The notes under the pieces: generated by a model
Told to the model about the DNA's origin: nothing
Seen by the model: the letters and a program-made list of their open reading frames with translations, nothing else
Database searches by the model: none
Part shown: piece by piece, positions 9,918 to 20,337 of the stretch
How the letters are laid out: every line of letters begins with the position of its first letter
Numbering within the stretch: the first letter of the stretch is position 1
Translations under genes and position numbers: made by a program
Source: Limnochordia bacterium
Lineage (GTDB): Bacteria; Bacillota; Limnochordia; DTU080
DNA length: 64,000 nucleotides
Direction of reading: 5' to 3'
Assembly (NCBI GenBank): GCA_050951545.1
Contig: JBMNJG010000016.1
Location: forward strand, 94,112-158,111

Positions 9918-10895
9918 CTACTGGTACATCCAGCACTTCACCTGACGCCCATCGTCCGTGCTTACCATAGCCGGCTCTTCCCTATCACATGTCGGCATGC
10001 GTTTGTGACACCGATCCGCGAAACGGCATCCCGAAGGAGGGTTGATCAGACTGGGCGGCTGACCAGGAATGAACTCCAACTCCTTCTTCTCACGAATGGT
10101 GGGCACGCTTGCCATCAGTTTCGCTGAGTAGGGGTGAAGCGGCTCGGTGTAGAACTTGTCGGCTCCAGCTAGTTCCACCATCTGACCAGCGTACATAACT
10201 GCCACGTCATCCGCCAGTTCGCTTGCGGTTCCTACGTCATGGGTAATGAAAATGAACGTGGTACCCAACTCGCGCTTGATCTGCTTAAGCACGTTCATGA
10301 TGTTTGCTTGCGTAAGCAAGTCCAGTGCCGAAGTGGGTTCATCGAGAATCACCACATCGGGATCTGAGATCAGCGCCATGGCGATCGCCACACGCTGACG
10401 CATACCGCCACTAAGTTCAAAAGCGTACCGGTTAAGGAAATCCTGTGGCAGCCCCAGCAGATTGAACACATGCCTGACCTTCTCGTAGGCTTGACGCTTA
10501 CGACGCACCTGACGATGCACAAAAAGCGGCTCCGCCACCTGATAGTCCACTTTCAATACAGGGTTCAATGAGTTCATCGCTGCTTGAGGAACCAGAGCCA
10601 ACCTCTGCCAGCGCACATCCAGACGATAGCGACGATTTCGGAGGGTCATCGTGTCCAAATCACCCAGGAAAACGCTACCGCTGTATGTCTTCACGTTACG
10701 GGGCAGAAGCCGCAAAAGCCCTCGGCCCAAGGTGCTCTTGCCGCAGCCGGACTCGCCAAGCACTGCCATGGTCCGCCCCTCATCCAAAGCGAAGCTAACC
10801 CCGTCTACTGCCTGTACAGTACCCATACGGGTGCGAAAATGTACTACTAGGTCCTCCACTCGCAATAGACCAGCGTTTGTGTTTGTCTCTCCCAC
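9918..10895 (-). CDS. Oligopeptide/dipeptide ABC transporter ATP-binding protein (OppD-like)
   Basis: GESGCGKST, LSGGMRQR, LDEPTSALD, HPYS and PPSGCRFADRC. Confidence 0.93.
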   Translation of the reverse strand: MGETNTNAGLLRVEDLVVHFRTRMGTVQAVDGVSFALDEGRTMAVLGESGCGKSTLGRGLLRLLPRNVKTYSGSVFLGDLDTMTLRNRRYRLDVRWQRLALVPQAAMNSLNPVLKVDYQVAEPLFVHRQVRRKRQAYEKVRHVFNLLGLPQDFLNRYAFELSGGMRQRVAIAMALISDPDVVILDEPTSALDLLTQANIMNVLKQIKRELGTTFIFITHDVGTASELADDVAVMYAGQMVELAGADKFYTEPLHPYSAKLMASVPTIREKKELEFIPGQPPSLINPPSGCRFADRCHKRMPTCDREEPAMVSTDDGRQVKCWMYQ

Positions 10896-10897
10896 AA

Positions 10898-12232
10898 TCA
10901 GCGCCCCCTCAACCTGGGATTGAAGATGCGGTCGAGGGCAAAGCCGACCATGGCGAAGCCCAGTCCCGTGACCATCAACAGGACCGCTGGCTCCAGAACC
11001 CAGTAATAGTAGCCCTTGAACATGGCCCCGTTGGAAAACGCATCCTGCAAAAGCTTGCCCCAGGTCGGCAAGACGGGATCACCCAGTCCAAGCAAGGCTA
11101 ATGATGCCTCGAGAAACACGTAGCTCGGAATCAGCGTGACAAAAGTCGGAATCAGCACCGGAATCATGCGTGGCATCATGTAGCGGAAAACAAGACGCAT
11201 GTTGCTCGCACCATACGCCCTTGCCGCGTCCATGTAGGGGGCCTCCTTGATCTGTAGAAACACCGAACGATAGGTCTTGATTCCGCCGCCAAAAATGCTG
11301 AAGAGAATGACCACACCCAGCATCATCCAGATGCTGCGCGAGTAGAGCGTGCCCACCATGATCAGGATAGGCATCAAGGGCAGGATCATATTGACCTCCG
11401 TGATCCTCTGGATGAGCGCGTCCACCCATTTGCCATACCAAACACCAATCGCGGAGATGATGAACGTCGCGATTGTCGAGCCCAACGCAGCCAGCAAACC
11501 AAAGGCGAGAGCTAGGGGAGTTCCCCACATCAGAGCCAGCATCAGATCGCGTCGCATGTGATCGGTGCCAGCCCAGCCATGCACCTTTCCGTATACGACG
11601 AGCTTGGCGTCGAAATCGGAGAACTCGTCAAAGAGGTAGCCCTGCATTTCCAGTTGATAGGTGCCCCTCAGCAGCTCGCCGTTCTTATCCGAAAAGAGCC
11701 CTACTTCCGCAGGCACCTCTCCCAACTCCTTAGTGACTCCCTTGTCCAGGGAGAGGTAGACTCGCTGCGCGGGGCTGATAGCCTGTGCCTCCAGCTCGAT
11801 TCGGCGCCCATCTGGCATGACCCAGGTGGTCACCACAAAAGGACGTTCGGCTTCCTCCGGCGATGTGAAGAAGAGCATGACCTCAGAAGGAAAGTCATCA
11901 TAGTCAAAATCAAAGCTCAGAGTGGCATTGACCATCCGGAGACCGTCAAGATCCTCCTCGGTCTTGGCCCCCTCGACACCCTGGGTCTTGACAATCAGAG
12001 TTTCAGGAAGGTTACTCTTCTGGAAATAGTTGACCCACTTGGGCTTCGCGTTCCTAGGACTCTCTGCCCAGATGTCCTCATCACCGCGCCACAATTCGAT
12101 GGCTTTCTCATAGGGAATGGTGGCTACTGTGTAACCAGCCAACCCGATCAGACTGAAGATGAGTAGCAACCCCAATAACGCCGTTGGATACCTGACCAGC
12201 TCTTTGAGACCTTGCCGTAGACTATTCATCAC
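10898..12232 (-). CDS. Peptide ABC transporter permease (OppC-like, with a large extracytoplasmic insert)
   Basis: GTDHMRRD, EAA loop YMDAARAYGAS, FLEASLALLGLG..PTWG and an NPRLR end. Confidence 0.92.
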   Translation of the reverse strand: MMNSLRQGLKELVRYPTALLGLLLIFSLIGLAGYTVATIPYEKAIELWRGDEDIWAESPRNAKPKWVNYFQKSNLPETLIVKTQGVEGAKTEEDLDGLRMVNATLSFDFDYDDFPSEVMLFFTSPEEAERPFVVTTWVMPDGRRIELEAQAISPAQRVYLSLDKGVTKELGEVPAEVGLFSDKNGELLRGTYQLEMQGYLFDEFSDFDAKLVVYGKVHGWAGTDHMRRDLMLALMWGTPLALAFGLLAALGSTIATFIISAIGVWYGKWVDALIQRITEVNMILPLMPILIMVGTLYSRSIWMMLGVVILFSIFGGGIKTYRSVFLQIKEAPYMDAARAYGASNMRLVFRYMMPRMIPVLIPTFVTLIPSYVFLEASLALLGLGDPVLPTWGKLLQDAFSNGAMFKGYYYWVLEPAVLLMVTGLGFAMVGFALDRIFNPRLRGR

Positions 12233-13362
12233 GGTCTATCCTCAGCCCCAACTCGCACCCTTGGATCGACAAGAGCGTAGATGATGTCGAGAAAGAACAC
12301 TGTGACGGCCAGCAGATAAGCGTACAAGACCGTCGACCCCACGATAACTGGGGTATCGAAAAGATGAATGGCCTGGTACAGAAGCTTGCCGAGACCCGGC
12401 CAGTTGAAGACTGTCTCCAGGATGATACCACCCATCCAGACACTGATTAGCATCAACACAAAGTTGGTGATGATGTATGGCAGGGTTGGCCGCAACACAT
12501 AGCGCCGCTCCACAGCGCGACCTGAGAGCCCCTTGGCCTTCGCCATCTCCACGTAATCCTCGCTGGAATAGATGAGGAAGAAGGTGCGCCAGCTGTAGAT
12601 CAGAAGAAAAATGCCGCTAATGAACTGGGCAGCCACTGGTAGTACCAGGTGCCGCAACACGCTCAGTGCATACGCCTTGGGCTCAGCTGGTGGAGGCGCG
12701 TCGACCATACCTCCGTAGGGCAACACTCCAAGCACTGCACAGAAAATCAGAATAAGAAAGAGGCCATAAAACCATGCTGGTGCCGCCGACGTTGGCGTCA
12801 AGGCAATGATCAGACGGTCAAGTATCCCACCGTAGTGGCCCGAGAGCCACAAAGCTGCGAAGATGGCGATGAAGAAGATCAGTATCTGCGCAGTCCCCCA
12901 CAAAAGCAGCGTAGCAGGAAGCCTTTCTATGAGAATCAATCGAACCTGCCGGGAGCCAGTATCACTACTCATCCGCTCCGCTCGTCCCAGATTAAGTGTC
13001 AGGCCTTGCCACAGGTAGCCAAAGCTTCTCAGCAGAAAAGGCCGATCCAAGCCCAAACGCTCGATCTCAATCTGCATCATCTCATCCTGCAGCGCGAGAC
13101 GCTCTTCGGGCGTCATATCCTTAACCAGTGGATTGTTCATGAAGCTCAACCCAACCTGCTCCTGGATCTCAGCCTTCCGGATCTCATCTACCTTGCCACC
13201 CATATTGGCAATGATCACCGTAAGATAGACAGCGATTACCACAGTGAAACCAATTGAGATCGCCCTAACGATTGAGTAGCGAAGAATCCTAAGCAAGGTG
13301 CCACCGAGATCCTTCAGACGCGAGCGACCTACACCCACTTCCGCTGTAGCCGTCTGAGACAT
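12229..13362 (-). CDS. Peptide ABC transporter permease (OppB-like)
   Basis: LGLDRP, RLPATL, EDYVEMAKAKGLS, ETVFNWPGLG and DIIYALVDPRVR. Confidence 0.92.
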   Translation of the reverse strand: MSQTATAEVGVGRSRLKDLGGTLLRILRYSIVRAISIGFTVVIAVYLTVIIANMGGKVDEIRKAEIQEQVGLSFMNNPLVKDMTPEERLALQDEMMQIEIERLGLDRPFLLRSFGYLWQGLTLNLGRAERMSSDTGSRQVRLILIERLPATLLLWGTAQILIFFIAIFAALWLSGHYGGILDRLIIALTPTSAAPAWFYGLFLILIFCAVLGVLPYGGMVDAPPPAEPKAYALSVLRHLVLPVAAQFISGIFLLIYSWRTFFLIYSSEDYVEMAKAKGLSGRAVERRYVLRPTLPYIITNFVLMLISVWMGGIILETVFNWPGLGKLLYQAIHLFDTPVIVGSTVLYAYLLAVTVFFLDIIYALVDPRVRVGAEDRP

Positions 13363-13459
13363 GAACTCACTCCCACCCCATGCCATCGAGAGACCGTGCG
13401 GGGGTCGGTAGGACCCCCGCACCACGAGCTCTTACCTACATTTGCGCCAATATCCCGCC

Positions 13460-15931
13460 TTACGGTAGTGTCATGAACTGCAGGTTGTCGAAAGACGGAA
13501 TGCTCACTGCGTTTGGTGCCACCACGATCTCGATGCGGCTGGCGCCGACGGGCAGCTTCGCGGTCTCCTGCGGTGATAGGTCAATCTGCCATTGACCATC
13601 CTTGAAGGCTTTCGCCTCACCGATCAAGATCATCGCATCCTTCGAGTCAAACACCATGTACTTGACGTAGTCCACATCCTTGCGAAGGTAGGGGTTCCCG
13701 TCAAAGGTAATTGCCAGGTTAAAGGTAGCCCCTTTGCTCTTGTTGATGCGGCTCGGCCCAGTCAGATCAGCCTCTGCCACCTTGGGCTGCGCAAACCCGG
13801 CCCACTTCTCGGCAGAATCCGGGAACTGCTCAAAGCGCTTCAGCACAGCGATCTTTTCTACTGAGCGGACCTGATCCAGATACAGGGGACCCGTGCCGAC
13901 CCAGAAGTGCTTCTTCGACTGATTCCAGTTTTTCAGGTTGGCATAGCGATCAGTTGCCTGCTTTGCAGTGACATACTTACCGAGCGTCGCAGCGTACGGA
14001 ATGTATGCCTCTGCTGCAGCCTGATCCAGCTGCTTGCTTAGGATGCTGAGGCTGGGTCCAGCGACGAAGCTCAACCACTCACTCTTCTGCTTGTCAGCCT
14101 TCGCCGCGCTGAACGCAAGCTCATTGGTCTCCTCGGTTCGCACGCCCAAAGCGAGATTGTGCCAGGCTCCAGGGCCCTGTGAATAGAAGGGCCACATCAG
14201 GTTGGCAGCATCACGCGCCACATACTCTGCATCGAGGAAAACCTGGTCAGTGTAGTACTCGATGACCACCGGGTTCTCTTTCACAATGCGGATGCCCCTG
14301 AACGCCTCCTGGAAGCTGCGCAGGGAAACCTGGGCCGAGCTATCGAAAAGTTTGCTCTCGGGTTTGCCCCGATCGAAAACCAAGGCAAGCTTGATGACCA
14401 TGTCAGCCAAAGAGAACGAGCTACCATCGTGCCACTTCGTGTCGCGCAATAGGTTGTCATCATAGTGGACGACGACCTTAGACTTGGCAGTCAGCCCCGC
14501 TTTGCCTGCCTCTGAGATGGTAATGAACTTTTGCGTCTTGGCATCCCAGTCGATCCAGGCATCGGCCGGCACCTGAATCTCCTCGGCAAACTTTAAGTCC
14601 ACCCAGTCGAGCGTCTTGGTAACTGGTAGACCCCCGAGATGCGTGACTTCCGCCTTCTTTACCCTCTGCGGACGGAATAGCCCCGTAAACGGGTCAGGCA
14701 TCGTCGCGCTCTCGCCAGTGCCGCGGATGATCATCATGTCGTAGACCCAGTTGGTTCCAGCGAGCGGGTTCCAGGGTTCAACCAGCATGCTGGCGTTACC
14801 GATAGTAACTCTGCCACCCACCTGTTCCGGCTTGCGAACTGTAAGGCCCCAAATCCATGAGGCCGACATGCCCGCGCCCACATCCGTAGCCATGAGGGTG
14901 TTGGCGGAACGCGGCCACACGCTGACGCGATCGACCAGCCAGACACGTACAGAGTCCTTCATGGAAAGATCGAGCGCTTCAGCAAAGAGGGCGCGCCGTT
15001 CGTCCATAGTGTGGAAATCACCATTCTCCAGCTTCATCGCTACCTCATCGAGCCGAGGACTGGGGTGGTAGCCCATCCACAGCGGCGAGTTCATCCCTCG
15101 CTGCGTATAGAAGAAGCTGAAGTTATCGGAGAGGTCTCTATTGACGAGAGTGCTTATCCAGCCACCAGTATAGATGTGCCACTTTCCTTGAGAGGGCTCA
15201 CTCGCGTTCCAAATCGGAGTCGCGTCAGCACCTCTTTTGTACTGCCTGTCTACAGTAAAGCCAACCTTTTCCAGCTGTGTGGCCACGTAGTCACCCATCA
15301 CCCGGCGCTCATCCTCTGTGCGAATGAGAAACACCAAGGTAACAGGCTCACCACGGAAGTGCCACTTCCCACCGGACAAGGAAGCACCGAGCTTGGTCAT
15401 CTCGCTAGAGATCACCTGCTTGGCCTTCTCGAAGTCATGGCCGTACTTAAGCTCAACCTGCCGGATGACGTCTGCATAACGAGCGTAGTCTGCAAAAGCA
15501 GTGTTCAGTGCCGTGTACCGTGCTGATCCCAAACCGCCCAGTACCTCTTTGGTGAGATAGTCGCGATCGATCAGCCAGTTGACCGCCTCGCGGATGGCGG
15601 GAATGGCAAACGGATTGAGCTTGCCCGTGCCCGTGAATACCGGGCCTGCCGGGTTAAAGGTCAGCTCGTTGTACGAGCCGAAGGAAACCTCGTAGTCCAG
15701 TTTCGGCGAAGCCTTGATCTTCTTGAAAAGATCAGCCTGGGAAACACCCAATGTATAGATATCGAACTCACCGGACTCAATACGAGCCACGGCCTTGTTC
15801 TGATCCTCTTCCATAACAAAGACGACTTCGTCGACCCATGCGCCTGTGCGAGCTGCAGCCATTGTCGTGCCAGCCACGACGAACATGAGCGCCATCATCG
15901 CTGCCGAAATCCATGTGATTTTACGACTCAT
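13460..15931 (-). CDS. Family-5 ABC substrate-binding protein, unusually long (about 820 aa)
   Basis: GGAGGTG RBS, signal peptide MSRKITWISAA..AMA, ELTFNP..NPFAIPAIREAVNWLIDR and WHDG motifs; first gene of the opp-like operon. Confidence 0.88.
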   Translation of the reverse strand: MSRKITWISAAMMALMFVVAGTTMAAARTGAWVDEVVFVMEEDQNKAVARIESGEFDIYTLGVSQADLFKKIKASPKLDYEVSFGSYNELTFNPAGPVFTGTGKLNPFAIPAIREAVNWLIDRDYLTKEVLGGLGSARYTALNTAFADYARYADVIRQVELKYGHDFEKAKQVISSEMTKLGASLSGGKWHFRGEPVTLVFLIRTEDERRVMGDYVATQLEKVGFTVDRQYKRGADATPIWNASEPSQGKWHIYTGGWISTLVNRDLSDNFSFFYTQRGMNSPLWMGYHPSPRLDEVAMKLENGDFHTMDERRALFAEALDLSMKDSVRVWLVDRVSVWPRSANTLMATDVGAGMSASWIWGLTVRKPEQVGGRVTIGNASMLVEPWNPLAGTNWVYDMMIIRGTGESATMPDPFTGLFRPQRVKKAEVTHLGGLPVTKTLDWVDLKFAEEIQVPADAWIDWDAKTQKFITISEAGKAGLTAKSKVVVHYDDNLLRDTKWHDGSSFSLADMVIKLALVFDRGKPESKLFDSSAQVSLRSFQEAFRGIRIVKENPVVIEYYTDQVFLDAEYVARDAANLMWPFYSQGPGAWHNLALGVRTEETNELAFSAAKADKQKSEWLSFVAGPSLSILSKQLDQAAAEAYIPYAATLGKYVTAKQATDRYANLKNWNQSKKHFWVGTGPLYLDQVRSVEKIAVLKRFEQFPDSAEKWAGFAQPKVAEADLTGPSRINKSKGATFNLAITFDGNPYLRKDVDYVKYMVFDSKDAMILIGEAKAFKDGQWQIDLSPQETAKLPVGASRIEIVVAPNAVSIPSFDNLQFMTLP

Positions 15932-16202
15932 TATGTCAGTGCACCTCCAGAACTCTTGTGCTACCTGTACCTCTGACACAGACCGCCTGACCTTTGCATC
16001 AGCAGTTCTGCGCCTTCGCCGAACTGCAAAGCCAGACTCAGGCGCCACCTGCAGTTGCCACCCCTTGCCGCTGCACCTCCCGCGCCAGTAATGTCTGCAC
16101 CAATAGACGATCACATCATCTCCTCTACATCCCGCGGTCGCCCTGCCAAACGTCTCTGCTCATGAGTTAGGGTGAGATTCGGCAAACATTCCTCATTCTC
16201 CT

Positions 16203-17435
16203 TCATGAATCAGACAGCGTCTCGACAGACGGGGGGGCGAAACGCTCAAGTTCGGCCACAGGCCTCCACGAAGTGGAGCGGGCCCATGCAACTCCTACCT
16301 CCGAAGGCAGGCCACCCTCTTGGGCGCATGTCTCGAAATGGGACTCTATACCCACAATCTCCGTGGCCATAGTTCCTGCCTCTTCATAGCGGCGGGAGTG
16401 AGGCGCGCTCACTTCGTGGATCCGTCCGCTCGACATATAGGCACCGTTTTGAGCCCGCACGAGATGCAAAGACTCGCTTACGGGCGAGAGCAGCTGCTCC
16501 TTGCCAGCAAGCGTAGCCAAGAAATTCCTATACATCAGTTCGGTACTTCCTGTTCCTCGGTATTCCTCAACGAATTGCGTTTGGTTGTCCAGTTGCACCG
16601 TCAGGCGGTTGTTCTCGAAAACGGCTTCACCACGGCTTCCTATCACACGGTAGTAGTGTGGTTTCTGCGTTGAGTTGCAGTATGTAGCCAAGTACAGGAC
16701 CTCAACTCCATCTGCCGCCCGGACCCGTACAGTAGCCGTATCTTCCATCTCAGCACGAGGAATCGCTCGGTACATTTCCGCCCGCACCTCATGAGGGACG
16801 AGCAAGCTTCCGGGTCGACAGGAGGCAAAGTACAGGCAGTTGTTCAGCATGTGTGCCAAGGCATTGCACATAGGTCCGTCAAGAGCATAGGCATCGCCAA
16901 CACGGAACTTACCTGCCCACCGATTACGCAAGTAGTAAGCATCTTTGCGCTTCCAAAGACCAACGCCTACCACACGATGTATCTGCCCCAAAACTCCTTC
17001 GGTCACCAACTGCTTGATCCGCTTCACCATCGGAGAACTCAGGTACTGAAAGTCAATACCACAAGGCAGCCCAGCCTCAACAGCTGCCTTAGCCATGGCC
17101 ACCACGTCCTGCACAGTCACTGCGGCTGACTTCTCACACAGCACTGGGTAACCGCTCCCTAACGACGCCACTACCATGCTCCGGTGAAGATGCAGGGGCG
17201 ACGCGACTGCCACCATGTCGAAGCCACCCTTGGCCAGCATCTCCTGCCAATCCCGGTATACCACCACCCCGGCCTGCTTCAGCTGGCTTATCACATCCGC
17301 CTGGCCGACCTGATCAATCTCTGCTGCAGCCACCAACCTGGCCAGACCTGCCTGCTCAAGTGCCCTAAGTGAACGTCTGTGCGTTTCTCCGTAACCACCT
17401 AGACCGATCAAGGCTACATCCATTGGATCTGCCAC
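16203..17435 (-). CDS. Gfo/Idh/MocA family oxidoreductase
   Basis: ALIGLGGYG, LCEK and WKRKDAYYLRNRWAG. GTG start after GGGAGGG. Confidence 0.88.
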   Translation of the reverse strand: MADPMDVALIGLGGYGETHRRSLRALEQAGLARLVAAAEIDQVGQADVISQLKQAGVVVYRDWQEMLAKGGFDMVAVASPLHLHRSMVVASLGSGYPVLCEKSAAVTVQDVVAMAKAAVEAGLPCGIDFQYLSSPMVKRIKQLVTEGVLGQIHRVVGVGLWKRKDAYYLRNRWAGKFRVGDAYALDGPMCNALAHMLNNCLYFASCRPGSLLVPHEVRAEMYRAIPRAEMEDTATVRVRAADGVEVLYLATYCNSTQKPHYYRVIGSRGEAVFENNRLTVQLDNQTQFVEEYRGTGSTELMYRNFLATLAGKEQLLSPVSESLHLVRAQNGAYMSSGRIHEVSAPHSRRYEEAGTMATEIVGIESHFETCAQEGGLPSEVGVAWARSTSWRPVAELERFAPPSVETLSDS

Positions 17436-17577
17436 TCTCAAAGCCCTCCCGCTAAATCGTGTTACGCTGTGCGACTTAGCAAACATGCCCGGCGTACCGC
17501 AAGGCGCGCCCGTCTATCCACGAGCGCGCCTGTAGAGGCCCCGTCCATGTTTCTAGAGTCTGGACTCCTCTGTCATT

Positions 17578-17805
17578 TTAGAGACCTCGTAGGCTGTCAT
17601 CGACTCCAAAAGCGACATGACAACCCGCCCTGTACTTAGTCACTCTGCCGTTCTCCACAACGGCGGTCATACTGAGTACCTCCACGCCCTGGATATGCTC
17701 CAAGGTCTCGGCAGCCTCACCCACCGCTTGGTTTACAGCGTCTTCCCAGCTTTGCTCCGATTCACCTACTAGCTCGATTACGCTGGCAACCCGAAACTCA
17801 CTCAA
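17578..17805 (-). CDS. Dodecin family flavin-binding protein
   Basis: VIELVGESEQSWEDAVNQAV..A.ETL and KYR...VAF; strong AGGAGGTG RBS. Confidence 0.9.
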   Translation of the reverse strand: MSEFRVASVIELVGESEQSWEDAVNQAVGEAAETLEHIQGVEVLSMTAVVENGRVTKYRAGCHVAFGVDDSLRGL

Positions 17806-17865
17806 GTGCTCACCTCCTGGCTATAGCGCTAGTGGCATTGTTCCGCAGCACAGGAGGCTTTATGA

Positions 17866-17893
17866 ATCGGCCCGGGGAGCTCCCCGGGCCGAT
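17866..17893. terminator. Perfect palindromic hairpin downstream of hppA
   Basis: ATCGGCCCGGGGAGCTCCCCGGGCCGAT; there is no long U-tract. Confidence 0.55.
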
Positions 17894-17911
17894 CTGCCAT
17901 GCGTCTGCAAA

Positions 17912-20020
17912 TTACAGCAGGTGATTGGCAATGATAAACGAGGCAAAGACCACAGAAACCATAGAGATCAGCTTGATCAGAATGTTCAGGGATGGGCCTG
18001 ACGTATCCTTAAATGGGTCACCTACAGTATCACCAATAACAGCTGCCTTATGGGAATCCGATCCTTTGCCGCCAAAGTTTCCTTCCTCGATGTGCTTCTT
18101 CGCGTTGTCCCACGCTCCGCCTGCTGAAGACATCATGATGGCCAGCATAAACCCAGCGGAGACGGCTCCAGCCAACATCCCCACGACACCCTGCACGCCC
18201 AAGATCAGCCCAGTGACCACAGGGGCGATCACGGCGATCAGTGTTGGGGCAACCATCTCTTTCTGAGCAGCGCGGGTGCAGATGTCGACACAACGCGCGT
18301 AGTCAGGCTTGGCCTTGCCCTCCATCAGTCCCTTAATCTCCCGGAACTGACGGCGCACCTCGACCACGATCTGCTGAGCGCTGTTGGCTACTGCCTGCAT
18401 CGTGTAGGCCGAGAAGATGAAAGGCAGCACTGCCCCTAACAAGATGCCCACCAACACTCGGGGATCGAGCAGACTGAAGGACACGTCGACCACCACACCA
18501 GCCTTCTCAGCCAGAATGATCACTTGCTCCTTGTATGCTGCAATGAGGGTAATCGCGGTTAACGCTGCAGAACCTATGGCGAAACCCTTGCCAGTGGCCG
18601 CCGTAGTGTTACCCAAGGCATCCAGCGCATCGGTACGCTGCCGCACTTCCGGCTCTTGATTCGTCATCTCTGCCACTCCGCCGGCGTTGTCGGCCACCGG
18701 ACCGTAGGCATCCGTGGCCAAAGTGATACCCAAAGTGGAGAGCATCCCTACCGCAGCAAAACCGACACCGAAGAGACCAAGGTTGTAGTTTTCCATGCCC
18801 CCTGAGGCAAAGAAAGCGATAAGAATAACCGCTCCCACAACAACCGCAATTGGTGCTACAGACATGAAGCCCACAGACAAACCTCGGATGAGAACTGGAG
18901 CAGGGCCAGTGCTTGCCGTTTCGGCAATCCCGCGAGTCCACTTGTACTCAGCTGACGTGTACCACTCGGTAAAGACACCAATAAGAACGCCACCTACCAA
19001 ACCAGAGAGCACCGCTATATACACACCTGTGCCAACTTCGGTGCCCAAAAGGTACCGTAGCAGGGGGAAAGCTACCAGAGCCACGAGTACTGAACTGATC
19101 CAGACTCCCTTGCGCAGGGCCTTAAGAAGCACCGCCTGGGTAGCCTCTTCGCTGGAACGGACGAAAAACGTGCCTATGATCGAAGCTAACACGCCAATAG
19201 CCGCCAGTACCATAGGTGCGGTAACACCCTCGATAGACAGACCTGCCGCGGACGCCAGCGCCGCTGTAGCCACAATGGAGCCCACATAGGACTCATACAG
19301 GTCTGCGCCCATACCCGCTACGTCACCCACGTTATCACCGACGTTATCCGCAATAACCGCAGGGTTACGCGGGTCGTCTTCCGGAATCCCCGCTTCCACT
19401 TTACCCACCAGGTCTGCACCCACATCCGCGGCCTTGGTAAAGATTCCTCCACCGACGCGAGCGAAAAGCGCCATGGAGCTAGCACCCATACCGAAATTCA
19501 GCATCGTACTGGTGATGTTGGCGATACGAACCGCGGTCTCGGCATCACGGTAGAACCAGTTAAGGAAGTAAAACCAAACAGACAGATCAAGCAGTCCTAG
19601 GCCAACCACTACCAAACCCATCACAGCGCCGCTGGAGAAAGCCATCTGTAGAGCGCCGTTCAGACTTCCCTTTGCGGCATTGGCCGTGCGAGCCCCCGAG
19701 GCCGTAGCTATTGTCATGCCGATGTATCCGGCGAGGGCAGAGAAGAACCCCCCTGTCAGGAATGCTAGGGGTACGAAGATCACCATATAGCCGAGCTGAA
19801 CCAGAACCATCATTATCACGAAAACAACCGCAAAGAAAACAGCTACACCCGTATACTGCCGTTTGAGATATGCTCGCGCACCCTCACGTACCGCCTCTGC
19901 AATAGCTACCATGTCTGGGGTACCCTCGTCATGCGACTTCACTTTGGCTGCGAGGTAACCAGCAAACAACAGCGCCAGGATCGAGCCGGCGGGTGCCAGC
20001 AGCAATAATGAGTATTCCAT
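17912..20020 (-). CDS. hppA: K+-dependent membrane pyrophosphatase, predicted to pump both Na+ and H+
   Basis: [40 protein letters not shown] (Ala form) and [14 protein letters not shown]. Confidence 0.96.
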   Translation of the reverse strand: MEYSLLLLAPAGSILALLFAGYLAAKVKSHDEGTPDMVAIAEAVREGARAYLKRQYTGVAVFFAVVFVIMMVLVQLGYMVIFVPLAFLTGGFFSALAGYIGMTIATASGARTANAAKGSLNGALQMAFSSGAVMGLVVVGLGLLDLSVWFYFLNWFYRDAETAVRIANITSTMLNFGMGASSMALFARVGGGIFTKAADVGADLVGKVEAGIPEDDPRNPAVIADNVGDNVGDVAGMGADLYESYVGSIVATAALASAAGLSIEGVTAPMVLAAIGVLASIIGTFFVRSSEEATQAVLLKALRKGVWISSVLVALVAFPLLRYLLGTEVGTGVYIAVLSGLVGGVLIGVFTEWYTSAEYKWTRGIAETASTGPAPVLIRGLSVGFMSVAPIAVVVGAVILIAFFASGGMENYNLGLFGVGFAAVGMLSTLGITLATDAYGPVADNAGGVAEMTNQEPEVRQRTDALDALGNTTAATGKGFAIGSAALTAITLIAAYKEQVIILAEKAGVVVDVSFSLLDPRVLVGILLGAVLPFIFSAYTMQAVANSAQQIVVEVRRQFREIKGLMEGKAKPDYARCVDICTRAAQKEMVAPTLIAVIAPVVTGLILGVQGVVGMLAGAVSAGFMLAIMMSSAGGAWDNAKKHIEEGNFGGKGSDSHKAAVIGDTVGDPFKDTSGPSLNILIKLISMVSVVFASFIIANHLL

Positions 20021-20337
20021 CGCGAATGCCAGCCTCCGTTTCACATATGCTACCACTTATCACTTGGACAGCGACTTTGGCCTACTGTGGACCCATGTAT
20101 GTCCAAGAGCTATGCAAGTACGCAGGGAACCCTTGGCGAAGGGAACAGCCCCGGTTCGAAATGCATGTATGCCCCCTTCTCTGCTCCGATTTGGGTACTG
20201 CTTCGGCAACCCCTAACCTGAGACCTTTGGGTCCGAACGCTCCAAGCTATCTTCATTCGACTTCACTTGGAATCTTCCTGCGCGACAACCACAAAATCCA
20301 CCCTGGCATGGCGCACGAGCTACCCATGCCAGGGGCC

